A stretch of DNA of 60,618 bases, counting the filler, from Hausera hauseri (Eukaryota), in assembly GCA_046269625.1 (NCBI GenBank). It is 11 parts of 11 records of this genome, joined end to end, with 100 filler letters (N's around TTAATTAATTAA, not from the genome) between each part and the next. Parts side by side here need not be neighbours in the genome. Positions count along the whole stretch, not along the records: positions 56,235 to 60,618 come from JBJURY010607666.1; 10 more parts are not named here. One strand, 5' to 3'. A program made the position numbers and the translations under genes. The notes under the pieces were generated by a model. The model had not been told where the DNA came from. It was given only the letters and a program-made list of their open reading frames with translations, and ran no database searches. This document shows positions 59,303-60,618 of the stretch, one piece after another; positions within the stretch are counted from its first letter, which is position 1, and each line of letters begins with the position of its first letter.

Positions 59303-60015
59303 ATGTTAGGATGCACCGACGAACCAGCTAGCCCAACAGACTATACAACAGTAAACAACGCCGAAATAACTCTACTAATGTTATCTGTAGTTTCAGGAAA
59401 TGAAGAAAGAGCCAGGGAAGCTATAATCCAACTAGGCCACGAAGCAGCTGAAGCACTGAAATTTCAACATACGAACGGCAACACAATCGGTCTTTTAGCC
59501 ATTATGAGCGAGTGTCATGATTTCTTTTACTCATGCTTATTCAGTCACAAGCACCATTACATTTACCTAACGTGGATGGGGACATTGCCTTACTACTCGC
59601 TATACGTCACAGTCGACATAACTTTGCAACCCTAATATTCGATTATACCTACAACAACAAAGTATTTCAAACTATATTCCAACCATAATTACGCAGTACT
59701 CCATTGAACCACGCAATGGTGTTCAAACGATTTCCTTTATTGGAAATCTTTCTGAATAAAAAATTTGAAAATGGAAGCTGCCTATTCGACGTAAACTACG
59801 CACATGGCTCGCATGAAGAGACTCATTTCATAACTGCGCTTTTAACTAGAACCTATGAGGCAGTCTCCATTCTGATGCGACGAACAGATATCCACCCAGA
59901 AAGCCACAATTATCGAAGTCTAACGATCAATGACGTCCTGATACGAGATCCAATGATTAGATACTACGAACATGAACGCCTACTAACCATCATGCGTCGA
60001 GAATTCGTGATGTAA
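59303..60015 (+). pseudogene. Ankyrin-repeat-like protein, frameshifted
   Basis: Repeated helix-turn-helix starts: TLLMLSVVSGN, NGNTIGLLAIM, DGDIALLLAIRH, PLNHAMVFKR..LLEIFL...FDVN, ETHFITAL...YEAVSILM.R.DI. Confidence 0.6.
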
Positions 60016-60618
60016 ACATTTTTAGACATTTCATCAATTCTCTATCACTGTGTATATTTTAGTATGACTACTTAGTTCTGTATATTGTCAACATGTTACT
60101 CCTAATCACTGACGTACCTTATCTCATTCAACCACTGACAATCTTTATCTTATTGCCATTATATATGACTCATGATTGATATAGTATTGCATGTTATAGT
60201 TTATTTCAACTTATGTTATTAGTGTAAATAAACTATCCTTGTTATGTTTTGTACTAAGACTCAGAATGGAGCCCTATCTTGATTCGCAAACTTTTTATAA
60301 CGCATTGGCGTCCTACCTGAGTGTAAACCAATTGTATCATACTTTTTCCAATCATACAGCTATCCCGAATAACCTAAGTCTGAGAAACTCCAATTCTATC
60401 CCAGACAAATATGTATAAAACAAACAAGAACTGAGATCACCAATTCATTATTCCAATTAACTCTTACCAACAAGCCAAAAAATTCGATATTATAGCTATT
60501 CATCTCGCCCATGGCAAACTAACTGTTAGTGTCAACTATAGTGTTAGTAGATCGCGTATCTACCATTCCGACCTCAACGTCATTTGGTAATTGTAAGACT
60601 GAGTTATTCATTAGAAAT

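Overview
This window is not one locus. It is 11 short eukaryotic contigs joined by artificial 100-bp spacers (N44-TTAATTAATTAA-N44): 1-4156, 4257-10053, 10154-14562, 14663-20253, 20354-24301, 24402-30426, 30527-35020, 35121-39919, 40020-46288, 46389-56134 and 56235-60618. Ten contigs look like an AT-rich, short-intron animal genome. They carry host genes or gene relics (DDOST/OST48, PPP4R1, EPG5, CUL5, ACE-like peptidase, Aurora kinase), decayed transposons (mariner, piggyBac, Ty3/Gypsy, Penelope, RTE, Polinton-type pPolB) and a hierarchical satellite. Contig 46389-56134 looks teleost-like (L1-type ORF1, sushi-like Gypsy, class I endogenous retrovirus with a 2H phosphoesterase between protease and RT) and may be host DNA in a parasite assembly. 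The most unusual signal is a Gypsy-type retroelement family (4410-10053 and 20354-24301). Its Pol appears to run on past integrase into a long polyprotein: signal peptide, Cys-repeat/FN3-like ectodomain, several TM helices, a possible HSP20-like domain and a catalytically dead DEDDh exonuclease. One copy is interrupted by a 1.9-kb insert flanked by a direct repeat and built from captured CUL5, ACE and Aurora fragments. A second pair of contigs (43000-46288 and 56235-60015) has a similar multi-TM architecture with swapped C-terminal cargo. All protein assignments come from manual motif recognition; no database searches were run.
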